From the NCBI GenBank assembly GCA_049700835.1, contig JBNAUL010000002.1, forward strand, positions 1 through 64,000: 64,000 bases of DNA, written 5' to 3'. Shown piece by piece: positions 9,776 to 19,706 of the stretch. Source of the stretch: Candidatus Woesearchaeota archaeon. Lineage in GTDB: Archaea > Nanobdellota > Nanobdellia > Woesearchaeales > WAPY01. Position 1 is the first letter of the stretch; every line of letters starts with the position of its first letter. The notes under the pieces were generated by a model. It was given only the letters and a program-made list of their open reading frames with translations. It had not been told where the DNA came from and did not search any database. The position numbers were made by a program, and so were the translations under genes.

Positions 9776-11704
9776 ATGATGCAATCAATAAATCTTGAAA
9801 ATCTTTTGAGAATAACTGAAGAATTGGAAAATCTTGAAAAAAGGGAGAGGACTTTTAAGGAAAAGATAAAGAGGATTTATGCTAATTACGAAAACAAAAA
9901 ATATGACTATAAAGAATTTAAGAGAGAACTCAACAGAACATTAGAAGGCAAGACAGAGAAGAAATTTTTTGAGGAAATAGAAAAATACAGAAAATTACTG
10001 CTGAGAACTCTAAAACACGAAAATGAAAAAATAATATTTCATTTTTACCACGAAGAACCAGAAATTTTAAGAGAGATGCAGAGCAAGATAGTAATGCAAA
10101 GAGTTCAACAAAAAGTTCAACCGGTTCAAGCAGTTTCAACCATTGCTAAAATAGAGCATGTCTCGGAAGAGCAAGAAGAGAAAGCTGAAAAGAAACAAAC
10201 AAAAAAATCCGCAAAACAAGAAGCAAGAAGAGGAGTAATGCATGAAGCAGAGCATGAAGCAGAAGAGATTAAAATATTCCCAGGAAAAAAAGAAGGAAAA
10301 ATCAAGAAAGAGCCAAACAAGGGCGGAATTCTAAATTATCTCAAAAAAATGCTTTCATCTCTTTTCAAACCTGCAATAAGATTTAAGATTTCTTTGCCTT
10401 ATCTGCCAAGTGCAGAACAGGCAGAACCAAGAGCAGAGAAAGCAGGCAAAGAAAAAAAGGAAAAAAAGGCGCCTATGCCAAAACCTGTTAAACTAAAGAG
10501 AGTAGTTCTCAAAGTAAAACCACTAGCAGTTAAATTGTTTGAAAAAGAAAAACCTCAGGAAAAGAAGACCTCTGAAATAATAAAAAATAAAGCTGTAAAA
10601 AAGATCCAATTCTCTTCAATAAATCCATTCTTAATATTCAAGAAGAGAATGGAAAAATCAAGAAATGTAATCTCTGAAAAAACAGAAATTCCAATAACCA
10701 TAGAGACAGTAGGTTACAAAACAAGTGGTTCAGAATCTTTTGAAAAAACATACTTGAAAAAAGAAGCAGAGAGGATTCAAAAGATACTTGAAACAGAGAG
10801 AGCTTATAAAGGTTATTCTACAACGATAATAACTTCAATTGGAAATATAATGGTGAAAAAAATATCCTTAAAACTCCTGAACTTGTTTCCTGATTTCTTT
10901 AAAAAGTTTTACAAGAGATTAAGAGAAGCGAACATAGGGCTGCTTTCAAACACTTATGTTAACTTAATGGTTTTCTTTACATTATTTTCTTTCACAATCT
11001 CGCTGATAGCATCTTCAATCTTGTTTTTTATACTCTACGATCCGCTTTATCTTATAATGCTAAAATCTGCAATAACAGCAACCATAACCTCTGCAATAAT
11101 CGCTCTAATATTTTACACCAATCCAAACTTCATAATAAGCAAAAAGAGGAAGAGCATAGAGATGAACATGCCTTTTGCAATAAACCACATGTCGGCAATA
11201 GCAACAGCAGGAGTTCCTCCTCTTACCATATTTAAACTAGTGGTTGAAAAAAAGGAATATGGAGAATTTTCAGAACAACTGCAGAGGATTGTTGATTATG
11301 TTGAACTCTTTGGAGTAAATCTTTTGTTGGCAATAAAAACCGTTTCTTCAACATCCCCTTCGCCTTATTTCAAGGAATTTTTGGAAGGGCTTTCGTCTTC
11401 AATAGAATCAGGAGTTGGAGTTGAAAAGTACCTAAAACAAAAGGCAAAGGAGAGCTTAACTCGCTACAATCTCGAAAGAAAGAAATACAATGAAACAATA
11501 GCAACATTCTCGGACATCTACACAGCAGTCCTTGTAGCAGCTCCGCTTTTGTTCATAGCAACGCTTGCAATGGTAAATCTTTTAGGAGGAAAAATTGCAG
11601 GGCTTGGAATATCAACCTTGATGATGATAGGGGTCTATGTTATAATACCCCTGCTTAACATTATATTTATAATTTTCATAAAATCAACTCAACCAGGAGT
11701 TTAA
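9776..11704 (+). CDS. Type II secretion system F / TadC-like platform protein with long charged N-terminal extension
   Basis: C-terminal half has TM helices and MPFAINHMSAIATAGVPP…EYGEFSEQL…SPSPYFKEFLEGL T2SSF motifs. Confidence 0.9.
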   Translation: MMQSINLENLLRITEELENLEKRERTFKEKIKRIYANYENKKYDYKEFKRELNRTLEGKTEKKFFEEIEKYRKLLLRTLKHENEKIIFHFYHEEPEILREMQSKIVMQRVQQKVQPVQAVSTIAKIEHVSEEQEEKAEKKQTKKSAKQEARRGVMHEAEHEAEEIKIFPGKKEGKIKKEPNKGGILNYLKKMLSSLFKPAIRFKISLPYLPSAEQAEPRAEKAGKEKKEKKAPMPKPVKLKRVVLKVKPLAVKLFEKEKPQEKKTSEIIKNKAVKKIQFSSINPFLIFKKRMEKSRNVISEKTEIPITIETVGYKTSGSESFEKTYLKKEAERIQKILETERAYKGYSTTIITSIGNIMVKKISLKLLNLFPDFFKKFYKRLREANIGLLSNTYVNLMVFFTLFSFTISLIASSILFFILYDPLYLIMLKSAITATITSAIIALIFYTNPNFIISKKRKSIEMNMPFAINHMSAIATAGVPPLTIFKLVVEKKEYGEFSEQLQRIVDYVELFGVNLLLAIKTVSSTSPSPYFKEFLEGLSSSIESGVGVEKYLKQKAKESLTRYNLERKKYNETIATFSDIYTAVLVAAPLLFIATLAMVNLLGGKIAGLGISTLMMIGVYVIIPLLNIIFIIFIKSTQPGV

Positions 11705-11725
11705 GGAAAGCATAAGGAGAGCAGA

Positions 11726-12616
11726 ATGAGAATAGAACAAAGACATATATTTGCCATAATATCAGGAATCGTCTTATTGGTTTTAAGCATAATTTTGTTC
11801 AGAAAAACAATCTTTCTATCATTATTCATAACCCTCTCAATAATAATTTCGCTTTCTCAATTTTGGATTGATTTCCTAAACTACAACAAGACGCAAAAAG
11901 AGATAGAAGAGAATTTTCCAGAATTTGTTAGAAACTTTGTGAGCGGGGTAAAATCAGGCATGCCTGCTACAAAAGCAATAATCTTGGCTGCAAAAGAGGA
12001 TTATGAAGGACTAACTCCGTATGTAAAAAAATTGAAAAATCAATTGGAGTGGAACATTCCGTTTCACAAGGCATTGAAGAATTTTGCTGACTCAACAAAC
12101 AATGCGATAATAAGAAGGGCAATCTCAACAGTCATTGAAGCAGAGAAATCAGGGGGAAACCTTGTTTCTGTGCTGACAGCAGTAACTGATTCTTTGTTAA
12201 AAATAAAAAAGATAAAACAGGAGAGAAGGGCAGCAATGCATGCGCAGGTGCTCCAGAACTATGTAATCTTTTTTGTTTTTCTTGGAATAATAATAATCAT
12301 TCAAGTTTTTCTAATACCCTATTTGGAAAGGGTAGGTCAGAGTTCTTTTGGCACATTTGGAACAACAAGCCCTTTTAACATTCCAAAGGTGGTAAAAATA
12401 AATTTCAATTCAGTTCCTGATTTTGTAAATTCAATTTCTTTGTGGGCCATAAGCCTCAACGGAATATTTATGAGTTTGGTTTTGATACAAGGGCTTTTTG
12501 CAGGAATAGTGACTGGAATAATGACAGAAGGCGATTTCAGATATGGAATAAAACACTCAGTTATACTGATGATAATTTCCTTCGTGGTAATGAGCTTAGC
12601 TCAATCAATCATTTAA
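11726..12616 (+). CDS. Type II secretion system F / TadC-like platform protein
   Basis: IEENFPEFVRNFVSGVKSGMP…EAEKSGGNL…QGLFAGIVTG motifs; multiple TM helices. Confidence 0.9.
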   Translation: MRIEQRHIFAIISGIVLLVLSIILFRKTIFLSLFITLSIIISLSQFWIDFLNYNKTQKEIEENFPEFVRNFVSGVKSGMPATKAIILAAKEDYEGLTPYVKKLKNQLEWNIPFHKALKNFADSTNNAIIRRAISTVIEAEKSGGNLVSVLTAVTDSLLKIKKIKQERRAAMHAQVLQNYVIFFVFLGIIIIIQVFLIPYLERVGQSSFGTFGTTSPFNIPKVVKINFNSVPDFVNSISLWAISLNGIFMSLVLIQGLFAGIVTGIMTEGDFRYGIKHSVILMIISFVVMSLAQSII

Positions 12617-12689
12617 ATTAGAAATCAAAACAGAAATCAAAATAACCAAAAATTAAAAATAATGATAATGAAAAACAAACAATTGCAAA

Positions 12690-13517
12690 ATGAGGGTAAA
12701 ACTCTATTTTGAGAAATCAGTGAACGAGAATGCAGCGATCTATTTTGAAAGGGCAAAGAAACTAAAGCATAAGAAAGAAGGAGCTGAAAGGGCTATAAAA
12801 AAATTGGAAGAAAAACTAAGAGAAATAAGAGCAAAAAGGCAAGATAAAGAGGCATTGGAACAAAAAAAGATTGAGGAAGAGATTAAAAAAAGGGAAATCA
12901 GGGAAGAAGGGCTGCGCAAGGAAATCAAGAAATGGTTTGAAAACTACAGGTGGTTTTATACAACAAACGGCTTCTTGGCAGTAGGAGGAAAAGACGCTTC
13001 TACAAATGAAACACTTATAAAAAAATATTCTGAAAAGGATGACATAGTTTTTCATACAGAAATAGCAGGCTCTCCATTCTTTGTTCTGAAAACAAATGGA
13101 AAAAAACCAGAAAATATTGACATAGAAGAAGTAGCGCAAGCAACCGCTTCATTTTCAAGGGCTTGGCAGTTGAAAATTGGATTTGTTGAGGTTTATTATG
13201 TCAACAGAGAGCAGGTTTCAAAAAACCCTCCTGCAGGAGAATACATAAAGAAAGGGGCTTTTATGATTTATGGAAAGAGAAACTATCTTAAAGTAAAACT
13301 ACAGCTTTGCGTTGGTATAATTGATGATTCAATAATCATCGCTCCGCTGACTGCTGTTAAAAAATATTCCAGCAAATGCACAGCAATAATTCCTGGAAAC
13401 TTGAACAAGCAGGAGACAGCAGAACTCATAATAAAGAAGCTTGGTTTGAACAGCAAGTACAAGCAGGAAATAATAGAAAAACTTCCTAAAGGTGAGTTCT
13501 CGCTATCCGAAGATTAA
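12690..13517 (+). CDS. NFACT RNA-binding domain (DUF814) protein, short Rqc2/RqcH-like
   Basis: SVNENAAIYFERAKKLK coiled coil, KWFENYRWF…GGKDASTNE…FHTEIAGSPF…GAFMIYGKRNY. Confidence 0.9.
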   Translation: MRVKLYFEKSVNENAAIYFERAKKLKHKKEGAERAIKKLEEKLREIRAKRQDKEALEQKKIEEEIKKREIREEGLRKEIKKWFENYRWFYTTNGFLAVGGKDASTNETLIKKYSEKDDIVFHTEIAGSPFFVLKTNGKKPENIDIEEVAQATASFSRAWQLKIGFVEVYYVNREQVSKNPPAGEYIKKGAFMIYGKRNYLKVKLQLCVGIIDDSIIIAPLTAVKKYSSKCTAIIPGNLNKQETAELIIKKLGLNSKYKQEIIEKLPKGEFSLSED

Positions 13518-13588
13518 GACAAATTGTTTTGACAAATTGTTTTTTAACTTTTTGAACAATTAAAAAATGAGCAGAAAAATGAGCAAAA

Positions 13589-13894
13589 ATGAGCAGCAAC
13601 AAAGACAGCAAGAAGAATAAAAATAATAAGAAAAATGCATGGAAAAAGCAGAGCCAAAAATCAAAGATACAAATAGGAAAGAAGGGCATAACGCAATCTC
13701 TAATAGAGGAAATAATCCGGCAGGTTAAAACGCACAAAATCGTTGAAATCAAACTTTTAAGGTCATTCAGGCAGGAAATAGGAAGAAAAGAGCTGATAAA
13801 AATGATAGAGGAGCTTGCAATGAAAACCAATTCAAAAATAATAAGCTTCAAAGGATTTACGCTTCTAATTGCTGCAAAAAACAAAAAACAATAA
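13589..13894 (+). CDS. YhbY/CRM-domain RNA-binding protein
   Basis: IQIGKKGIT…IEEI…HKIVEIKLL…GFTLLI pattern. Confidence 0.85.
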   Translation: MSSNKDSKKNKNNKKNAWKKQSQKSKIQIGKKGITQSLIEEIIRQVKTHKIVEIKLLRSFRQEIGRKELIKMIEELAMKTNSKIISFKGFTLLIAAKNKKQ

Positions 13895-14043
13895 AAACAA
13901 AAGAGGAAACAATTGAAGTTTTAAGAACTCAACAACAATATTTATAAACACAAAAAGATTTAATAAATAAGCAATCATTGTACCAAAATAAAAAAGACAA
14001 AAAAATAAAAACAAAAAATAAAAACAAGAATCAAGCAAGCAAA

Positions 14044-15450
14044 ATGGGTTCTGAATGCAAAAATTGTAAGTTAAAGGATTACGGGTTCAAAGAAGAGGAA
14101 TACCAAGAAGTAGAAAGAGGAGTTTTTGATTACACGCATTTTCCAAAGCCGATAGCAACTCATAGGTTAGTCAGAATAACCTCAAAAATCTCAATAGAAG
14201 AGCCGTATTATTGGATAATGGATCAGTTGAAACAAACATGGGGCTATCACAGATTTGACAAGATAATAGATTTATTTGCTTCTTCAGAACAATCATCTTT
14301 GTTTGGGGCTGCTCAGCAGAGATTAGGATTGCAGCAAGACAAGGTATCTCAATTCTTGGCAACAATTGGAAAGATGATAAAGGAATTGTTCCAACTCGTT
14401 AGAGAACTTAGAATATTGGATGAAAGAATAAGCTACTATGAAAAGAGCAAGAAAGGAGAACAATCAGCAGACATAACCTTAAAGGGAATATGGATTGATT
14501 TGGTTGAAGGCGGCTCTAAAAACCCTGCATCTGTTTATGGAATGGCGTCTCAACTTGGGTTCCTTACATTACCTGATTTGTTCTTCTCAACAATGGTCCA
14601 AAAACAAGAGGATGTTGACAAAAGAGTGGAAGCATTGGACATAAACAGAAAGGTAAAGGAGGTTTTAAAGAGAAAGCTTTATACATACATAACATGGAGG
14701 GAATCAACATACAAAGAATTGACAGTTAGGAGAACATTCACCTTGAAGTATCTTAGGCAGCACTACAATGCAATAAAGATGTACATTGAGTGGGTGAAGC
14801 CATACTTGAGAAACATAAAGAGAATGCAGTTGAATGAGAGATTGATGGACAGTGCTTCGATAGTAAGCGCTTTTGAAACAGCAGCGATTGAAGTGGAATA
14901 CCTTGCAATGAAAACAGGATCTGGAAAAAAGGGCGAATACTACCCATGCGTTCTTGTTACATTTGAGTACAGGACAAAACCAAGTTTGTCTTTCCAGCAG
15001 GAAGGTTATCAAAGAGGGCCGATACATGTCGGAGAAGTTCATATAACTTTCAGAGGATATGCGTGGACAGAAAAGGATATTGAAAACTACAAAAAATACA
15101 GAAATTCAGAATCATTCGAAATACTATATTCAATAGATGACTCTTTAAAAGCAGCGATGGATGCTTTGGGAGACGAGCTTAGAAAGTATCTTGAGGAAGC
15201 AGGGGAAAAATTAGAGATTAAATCAGAGGAGCCAAAGAAAGAACAGAAAAAACAGCCAATAACATTTGATTTATTCTCATCTGCATTCAAGGGGTTTTCT
15301 GAAATATTTAAATCATTAAGTTCTGCAGAAAAACAAAAGGAGTTTGAAAAGAAAAACAAGAAAGAAGCAGCTGAAAGGGATGTTAGATCGGCTGTTTGGC
15401 AGGCATATAAAAACTATAAGAAAGCCCACAAGCCGTTCATGGCATGGTGA
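14044..15450 (+). CDS. Hypothetical protein (helical/coiled-coil core)
   Basis: Long ORF with normal codon usage; TTTATAAA at about 13941; first ATG at 14044; no family recognised. Confidence 0.75.
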   Translation: MGSECKNCKLKDYGFKEEEYQEVERGVFDYTHFPKPIATHRLVRITSKISIEEPYYWIMDQLKQTWGYHRFDKIIDLFASSEQSSLFGAAQQRLGLQQDKVSQFLATIGKMIKELFQLVRELRILDERISYYEKSKKGEQSADITLKGIWIDLVEGGSKNPASVYGMASQLGFLTLPDLFFSTMVQKQEDVDKRVEALDINRKVKEVLKRKLYTYITWRESTYKELTVRRTFTLKYLRQHYNAIKMYIEWVKPYLRNIKRMQLNERLMDSASIVSAFETAAIEVEYLAMKTGSGKKGEYYPCVLVTFEYRTKPSLSFQQEGYQRGPIHVGEVHITFRGYAWTEKDIENYKKYRNSESFEILYSIDDSLKAAMDALGDELRKYLEEAGEKLEIKSEEPKKEQKKQPITFDLFSSAFKGFSEIFKSLSSAEKQKEFEKKNKKEAAERDVRSAVWQAYKNYKKAHKPFMAW

Positions 15451-15483
15451 AATCATTAAAAATCAGTTGCATCAAACTCAAGC

Positions 15484-15954
15484 ATGGAAGATAAAGACAT
15501 AATAAAGGAATTGGAATCCTTAGGCGCAGAGGAAAGGGCAAAAAAATTAAAGGAAATAGAGGAAAAACTGAAAAAGGAACTTGAGGAATTGAAAACACTG
15601 AGCCAAAAAACAGAGGAAGAAATAAAAGAAAATGAAAACAAAAAACTCCTTGAAATAATTCCTGAAGAGAAACCATTCAACATAGAAGAACTCTTTTTTA
15701 CTGACAGAACGCTTGAAGAGCAGGTTAAGGTTTCAGAAGAGGAAAAAACCCAAGATTCAGCAGGAGTAAAATATTTAATAAACGATTTGGAGAGCAGAAG
15801 AACAGTCAGGGAGATTATGGAAGAAGTTTATGAAACAAAAAAGATCGTTGAAAACAGGGTTGTAAAATACAATCCATCTCTTGGAAAGCAGCTTAAAGAA
15901 AAGGTGGACAAGCTTGCAGAAACAATAAAGAGCATTTACACAAGAAAAATATGA
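15484..15954 (+). CDS. Hypothetical Glu/Lys-rich coiled-coil protein
   Basis: 156-aa co-oriented ORF with an ATG start. Confidence 0.65.
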   Translation: MEDKDIIKELESLGAEERAKKLKEIEEKLKKELEELKTLSQKTEEEIKENENKKLLEIIPEEKPFNIEELFFTDRTLEEQVKVSEEEKTQDSAGVKYLINDLESRRTVREIMEEVYETKKIVENRVVKYNPSLGKQLKEKVDKLAETIKSIYTRKI

Positions 15955-16431
15955 TTTAACAGAAGAAAGGGAAATAAAAAAATTTCAAGTCAAACAAAAA
16001 TAAAAATAAAAATTAATGATAAAAAACAATTAATAAAAATCTGATTGCAGCAATCTAAAAAATAAGACCTAAATGAAAATTGAAATATTGAATGGAAATA
16101 TTGAATGGAAAAGAAAATATTGAATGTATAGTATGGAAGAATTAGTGAAAATTGATTTCAAGATTAGAAAAAAAGCAAGAAGCACAAAATATGCTAAATA
16201 TAAGAATTTAAAATAAGATCTAATAAAATTCAAAACTTCATAGAGAAACATAAAAAAAGCATAAGATTGAAGCAGAAAATTAAAACATTTTTAAAACATT
16301 TTTATTTTTTTGGAAATGCAAGTTTTTAAAAGAATAAATTTATAAAAAATAAAAACAACTATTTATAATGTTTGCAATAAATTTGCAATAAAAAAATTCA
16401 AAGGAGCAAATACAAAGGAGCGGTTAACAAG

Positions 16432-18537
16432 ATGTTTTTTCAAACAGAATACTATAGCCCAATGGACAGGGAATATTTCTCATCAGAAGAGAAGATAGAA
16501 CAGCCATTTGACATTCCTTCAATAAACCAAAATCAGAGTTCTCAGCCATTGATAAGAATGAGTGACATCGGGCAGACAGTTTCAGAAGGACCTCAACTTG
16601 GAACCTTAAAAGACCAGCTTGTTTTGGCAATAAGAAAAGGGGTTGGAAAAGTAGAATTGCAAACAACAATGGAAGGCGCTGGTTATCAGCCAGGAGGCGG
16701 CGGTGCAGAATCATACGGAGTTGAAGACAGGGATGAGATAAGAAAAATAGCAGAGATAAACCAGGTTGAATTGACAGGGGTTCATGCTCCTCCTCAAATC
16801 GCAAACCTTTCAGGTTTGGCAGAGAACAGGTTCAGCGATGAGTTGAGAGAAACACAAATCTCTGAGATAAAAAAGGCAATTGACTTTGCGGCAAGCGTTG
16901 GAGCCAAAGCAGTAACAATCCACACAGGAGAATTTCCAAGACCGATATGGGAAGCTGAGTGGAACAAAGAAGGAAAGTGGAAGAACGCATTCATGACTTA
17001 TGAAGAAGAACCAGAAAAGGCAGCGCATTACTTGGTTGATTCAAAAACAGGAAACATAATCACAGAGGTTGCAAGGAACATCGTTGTTTATGAACCAGTT
17101 TACAAGAGAGCAGAAAAAGACGGGATAAGCCCAAGTGGTAAGCAGATACACAGAGGGGATTACCTTGACATAAACGGAGAACCAACCCAAAATCCTGAGG
17201 ACAGAGTTCCAATAATGATAACAGATAACGATGTTGGAAAGGAAATTGAAGGTCAAAAAATAAATTCAGACATGGTTGGAAAATTCTTAGTGGTTCCAAG
17301 GGGATGGGACTATTTCAAAAGAGAAGCAGAGGAATTCAACAAAAGAAATCCTGGAAGAAAAATCACGCCAGAAGAGATGTTCTACAAAACAAGGTTGGAA
17401 TCAGAAATAAGCCAAATGAAGGGAATGACCTTATACTATCAGGCAGGTTATGAAGAAGCTTTAAAAACAAGAGCAAAGATACTTGATGCTATAAAATTTT
17501 ATGAGGACCTTGAGAAAAAAATACCAAAAGAAGATCTGTGGAAGATACAAGTAAGGAAGAACTACGGGGATTTGCTGCCAGCAGATGTTCAAAACCCAAC
17601 GCAATACTTAAAAGAAAAATTAACTGAAATTGACAGGCATTTGAAATGGACTCATGAAGCTTCTTCATCTTATGAAGCAAGAGCAAAGGAACTTGAGGAT
17701 GCTGCTAAAAGAATAAAACCTATTTCAGAATATGCCAAGGAAAAGAGCACTTACTCATTGGCAGAGTTGGGAATATATGCAATGCAGCAGAGCAAAAGGC
17801 CTGATGTTAAAAAAGACATCTTTATTTCAGCAGAACACATCTTTCCGCAGATGGGTTATGGAAGCCATCCTGAGGAATTGATACAGCTGGTCAAGGAATC
17901 AAGAAACAAAATGGCTGAACTGCTAACAAAAGAAAGAATACCAGACCCTTCTGGAAAAACAGATATTAATGGAAATCCTGTTTATATAAAAAACCCGTTT
18001 TACAAACCAGGTTTGAGCAAAGAAGAAGCAGAGAGAGAAGCTGAGAAACACATAAAAGCAACACTTGATACTCAGCACATTGGAATGTGGTACCGCTACT
18101 TTGTTCCAAAACCAGGAGAAACAGAAGAACAAAGGCAGAAGAGATTCAATGAATGGTATATGGACATGATTAAAAAGATGGAAGATGAAAAAATAATTGG
18201 CAACATACATTTAGTTGACGGTTTTGGAAGAGGGCACACGCATTTGCCTGCAGGGCAAGGGCTTATGCCTGTTAAAGATGCGATAGAATACTTAAAGAGC
18301 AAGGGTTACAAGGAAGCAATTGTCTCAGAAGGTTATGGCATGGGAGCTGATAATATAATAACAGAACCTTGGAGATTGTTTGGAGCAAGCATTTATGCTG
18401 TGAGCCCTGAGAGAGCTCGTTCTTGGACAGATGTTCACCAAAGCTATTTTAACAAGATGCAATCCCCATATTTTATTTTCGGCGCTTATGCTCCTTCTAA
18501 TGAATGGGTTTTGTGGAGTGAGGTTCCTTTTGAGTGA
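16432..18537 (+). CDS. Sugar-phosphate isomerase/epimerase (AP endonuclease 2) family TIM barrel with large insertion
   Basis: Metal-ligand motifs GVHAP, NLSG, IHTG, SAEH, TLDTQH, IHLVD, HLPAGQG and VSEG; roughly 290 aa are inserted between IHTG and SAEH. Confidence 0.8.
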   Translation: MFFQTEYYSPMDREYFSSEEKIEQPFDIPSINQNQSSQPLIRMSDIGQTVSEGPQLGTLKDQLVLAIRKGVGKVELQTTMEGAGYQPGGGGAESYGVEDRDEIRKIAEINQVELTGVHAPPQIANLSGLAENRFSDELRETQISEIKKAIDFAASVGAKAVTIHTGEFPRPIWEAEWNKEGKWKNAFMTYEEEPEKAAHYLVDSKTGNIITEVARNIVVYEPVYKRAEKDGISPSGKQIHRGDYLDINGEPTQNPEDRVPIMITDNDVGKEIEGQKINSDMVGKFLVVPRGWDYFKREAEEFNKRNPGRKITPEEMFYKTRLESEISQMKGMTLYYQAGYEEALKTRAKILDAIKFYEDLEKKIPKEDLWKIQVRKNYGDLLPADVQNPTQYLKEKLTEIDRHLKWTHEASSSYEARAKELEDAAKRIKPISEYAKEKSTYSLAELGIYAMQQSKRPDVKKDIFISAEHIFPQMGYGSHPEELIQLVKESRNKMAELLTKERIPDPSGKTDINGNPVYIKNPFYKPGLSKEEAEREAEKHIKATLDTQHIGMWYRYFVPKPGETEEQRQKRFNEWYMDMIKKMEDEKIIGNIHLVDGFGRGHTHLPAGQGLMPVKDAIEYLKSKGYKEAIVSEGYGMGADNIITEPWRLFGASIYAVSPERARSWTDVHQSYFNKMQSPYFIFGAYAPSNEWVLWSEVPFE

Positions 18538-18722
18538 TTTGGATTTTTTTAGAGCATCTTAGAGCATGATTAATGTTAGTTAAAGAAACTTTACATTGTA
18601 AAGCATCTTAAACCATTGCAATCTTTTTTATTCTTATAGTTCTAACTTAATAGTTCTAACGCATCATTCTCGTATCTTTATTTATTTTTTCTTAGGTGTT
18701 GTACTTTAGCAGACAGCACAGG

Positions 18723-18797
18723 TTTATATAAAAAAATCACTAAATAAGCATTAGCATTCGCGGAAAAATAAGAATTTTTTCAGATGCAAACGAATGC
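18723..18797 (+). promoter_or_regulatory. TATA box and inverted repeat upstream of the Lrp-led cluster
   Basis: TTTATATA at 18723-18730; GCATTCG (18754-18760) and CGAATGC (18791-18797) enclose GGAAAAAT…ATTTTTTC. Confidence 0.5.
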
Positions 18798-18823
18798 TTT
18801 CAGAAAAGAAAGAAGGTATTCAA

Positions 18824-19294
18824 ATGAAAAAAGAGGACTTGTTTATAATCTCAAATCTGAGAAGAGATGCAAGACAGCCATTAACAGCAATCTCAAAACA
18901 ACTTAGAATTCCTGTTTCAACATTGTATGAAAAGATAAGGGAGCTTGAGGGAAGCGTGATAAAAAAGTACACGGCAATACCAAACTACGAGAAATTGGGT
19001 TTCAATCTCAGGATAATTTACTTTTTGAGTTTTAAGGAGAAGCACGAAGAGAATGAGAAGTTAAGGGTTTTTCTTATCAATCATCACAATGTAAACTCTG
19101 TATTCAGGATAAGTGGTGATTATAATTTTGTTGTTGACTGCATTTTTAGGTCAGTTCAGGAGATGCACGATTTTGCAATGGAGATTGAACGGTTTGAGAT
19201 TGAAAAAAAGAAAATTTGCTATGTTATGAACGAATTGAAGGTGGAGAATTTTTTAATTGAACAAAACTATGTTGAAAAAATTTTGCAAAAATAA
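18824..19294 (+). CDS. Lrp/AsnC family transcriptional regulator
   Basis: IISNLRRDARQPLTAISKQLRIPVSTLYEKIREL HTH; RAM domain with VFRISGDYNFVV. Confidence 0.92.
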   Translation: MKKEDLFIISNLRRDARQPLTAISKQLRIPVSTLYEKIRELEGSVIKKYTAIPNYEKLGFNLRIIYFLSFKEKHEENEKLRVFLINHHNVNSVFRISGDYNFVVDCIFRSVQEMHDFAMEIERFEIEKKKICYVMNELKVENFLIEQNYVEKILQK

Positions 19295-19313
19295 AAACAA
19301 GGAGGCAAGAAAA

Positions 19314-19661
19314 ATGGATTCAAAAAACACCCTTGGAAAAAAAATCATGACCACTGCGTTGATAGTGACGATAGGTGGTTTTGGAGGGGCTATCTTTGAG
19401 GCAAAGACGCACTTGATTTCAAACAAAATTTTTGGAGGATACGAAAGAATAACGCAAAACCTTGAAGAGATTTGTCAAGGAACAAAGAACGCACTGGCCT
19501 ATAAGTTCTTTCAATACGCAGACGAAGACACAAAGAAAATAATAGTGGGAGAATACATAAAGGACAAAATTGAGGAAAAATACACAAGAGTAAAGGACTA
19601 CATAGGCGACAAGTGGAAGGATATAACTGATTACATAAAGGACTTTTTTGACAAGCAGTAA
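19314..19661 (+). CDS. Small single-TM hypothetical protein
   Basis: GGAGG SD; TTALIVTIGGFGGAIF hydrophobic segment; amphipathic C-terminus. Confidence 0.7.
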   Translation: MDSKNTLGKKIMTTALIVTIGGFGGAIFEAKTHLISNKIFGGYERITQNLEEICQGTKNALAYKFFQYADEDTKKIIVGEYIKDKIEEKYTRVKDYIGDKWKDITDYIKDFFDKQ

Positions 19662-19706
19662 ATCGCAATAAAAAAACAATCAAATAAAGAACAATCAGAG
19701 TATAAT

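Noticed and set aside
16069..16130. GAAATATTGAATG repeats as a CRISPR array
   Set aside because: Units are 13 bp and adjacent, with no unique spacers and no cas genes.
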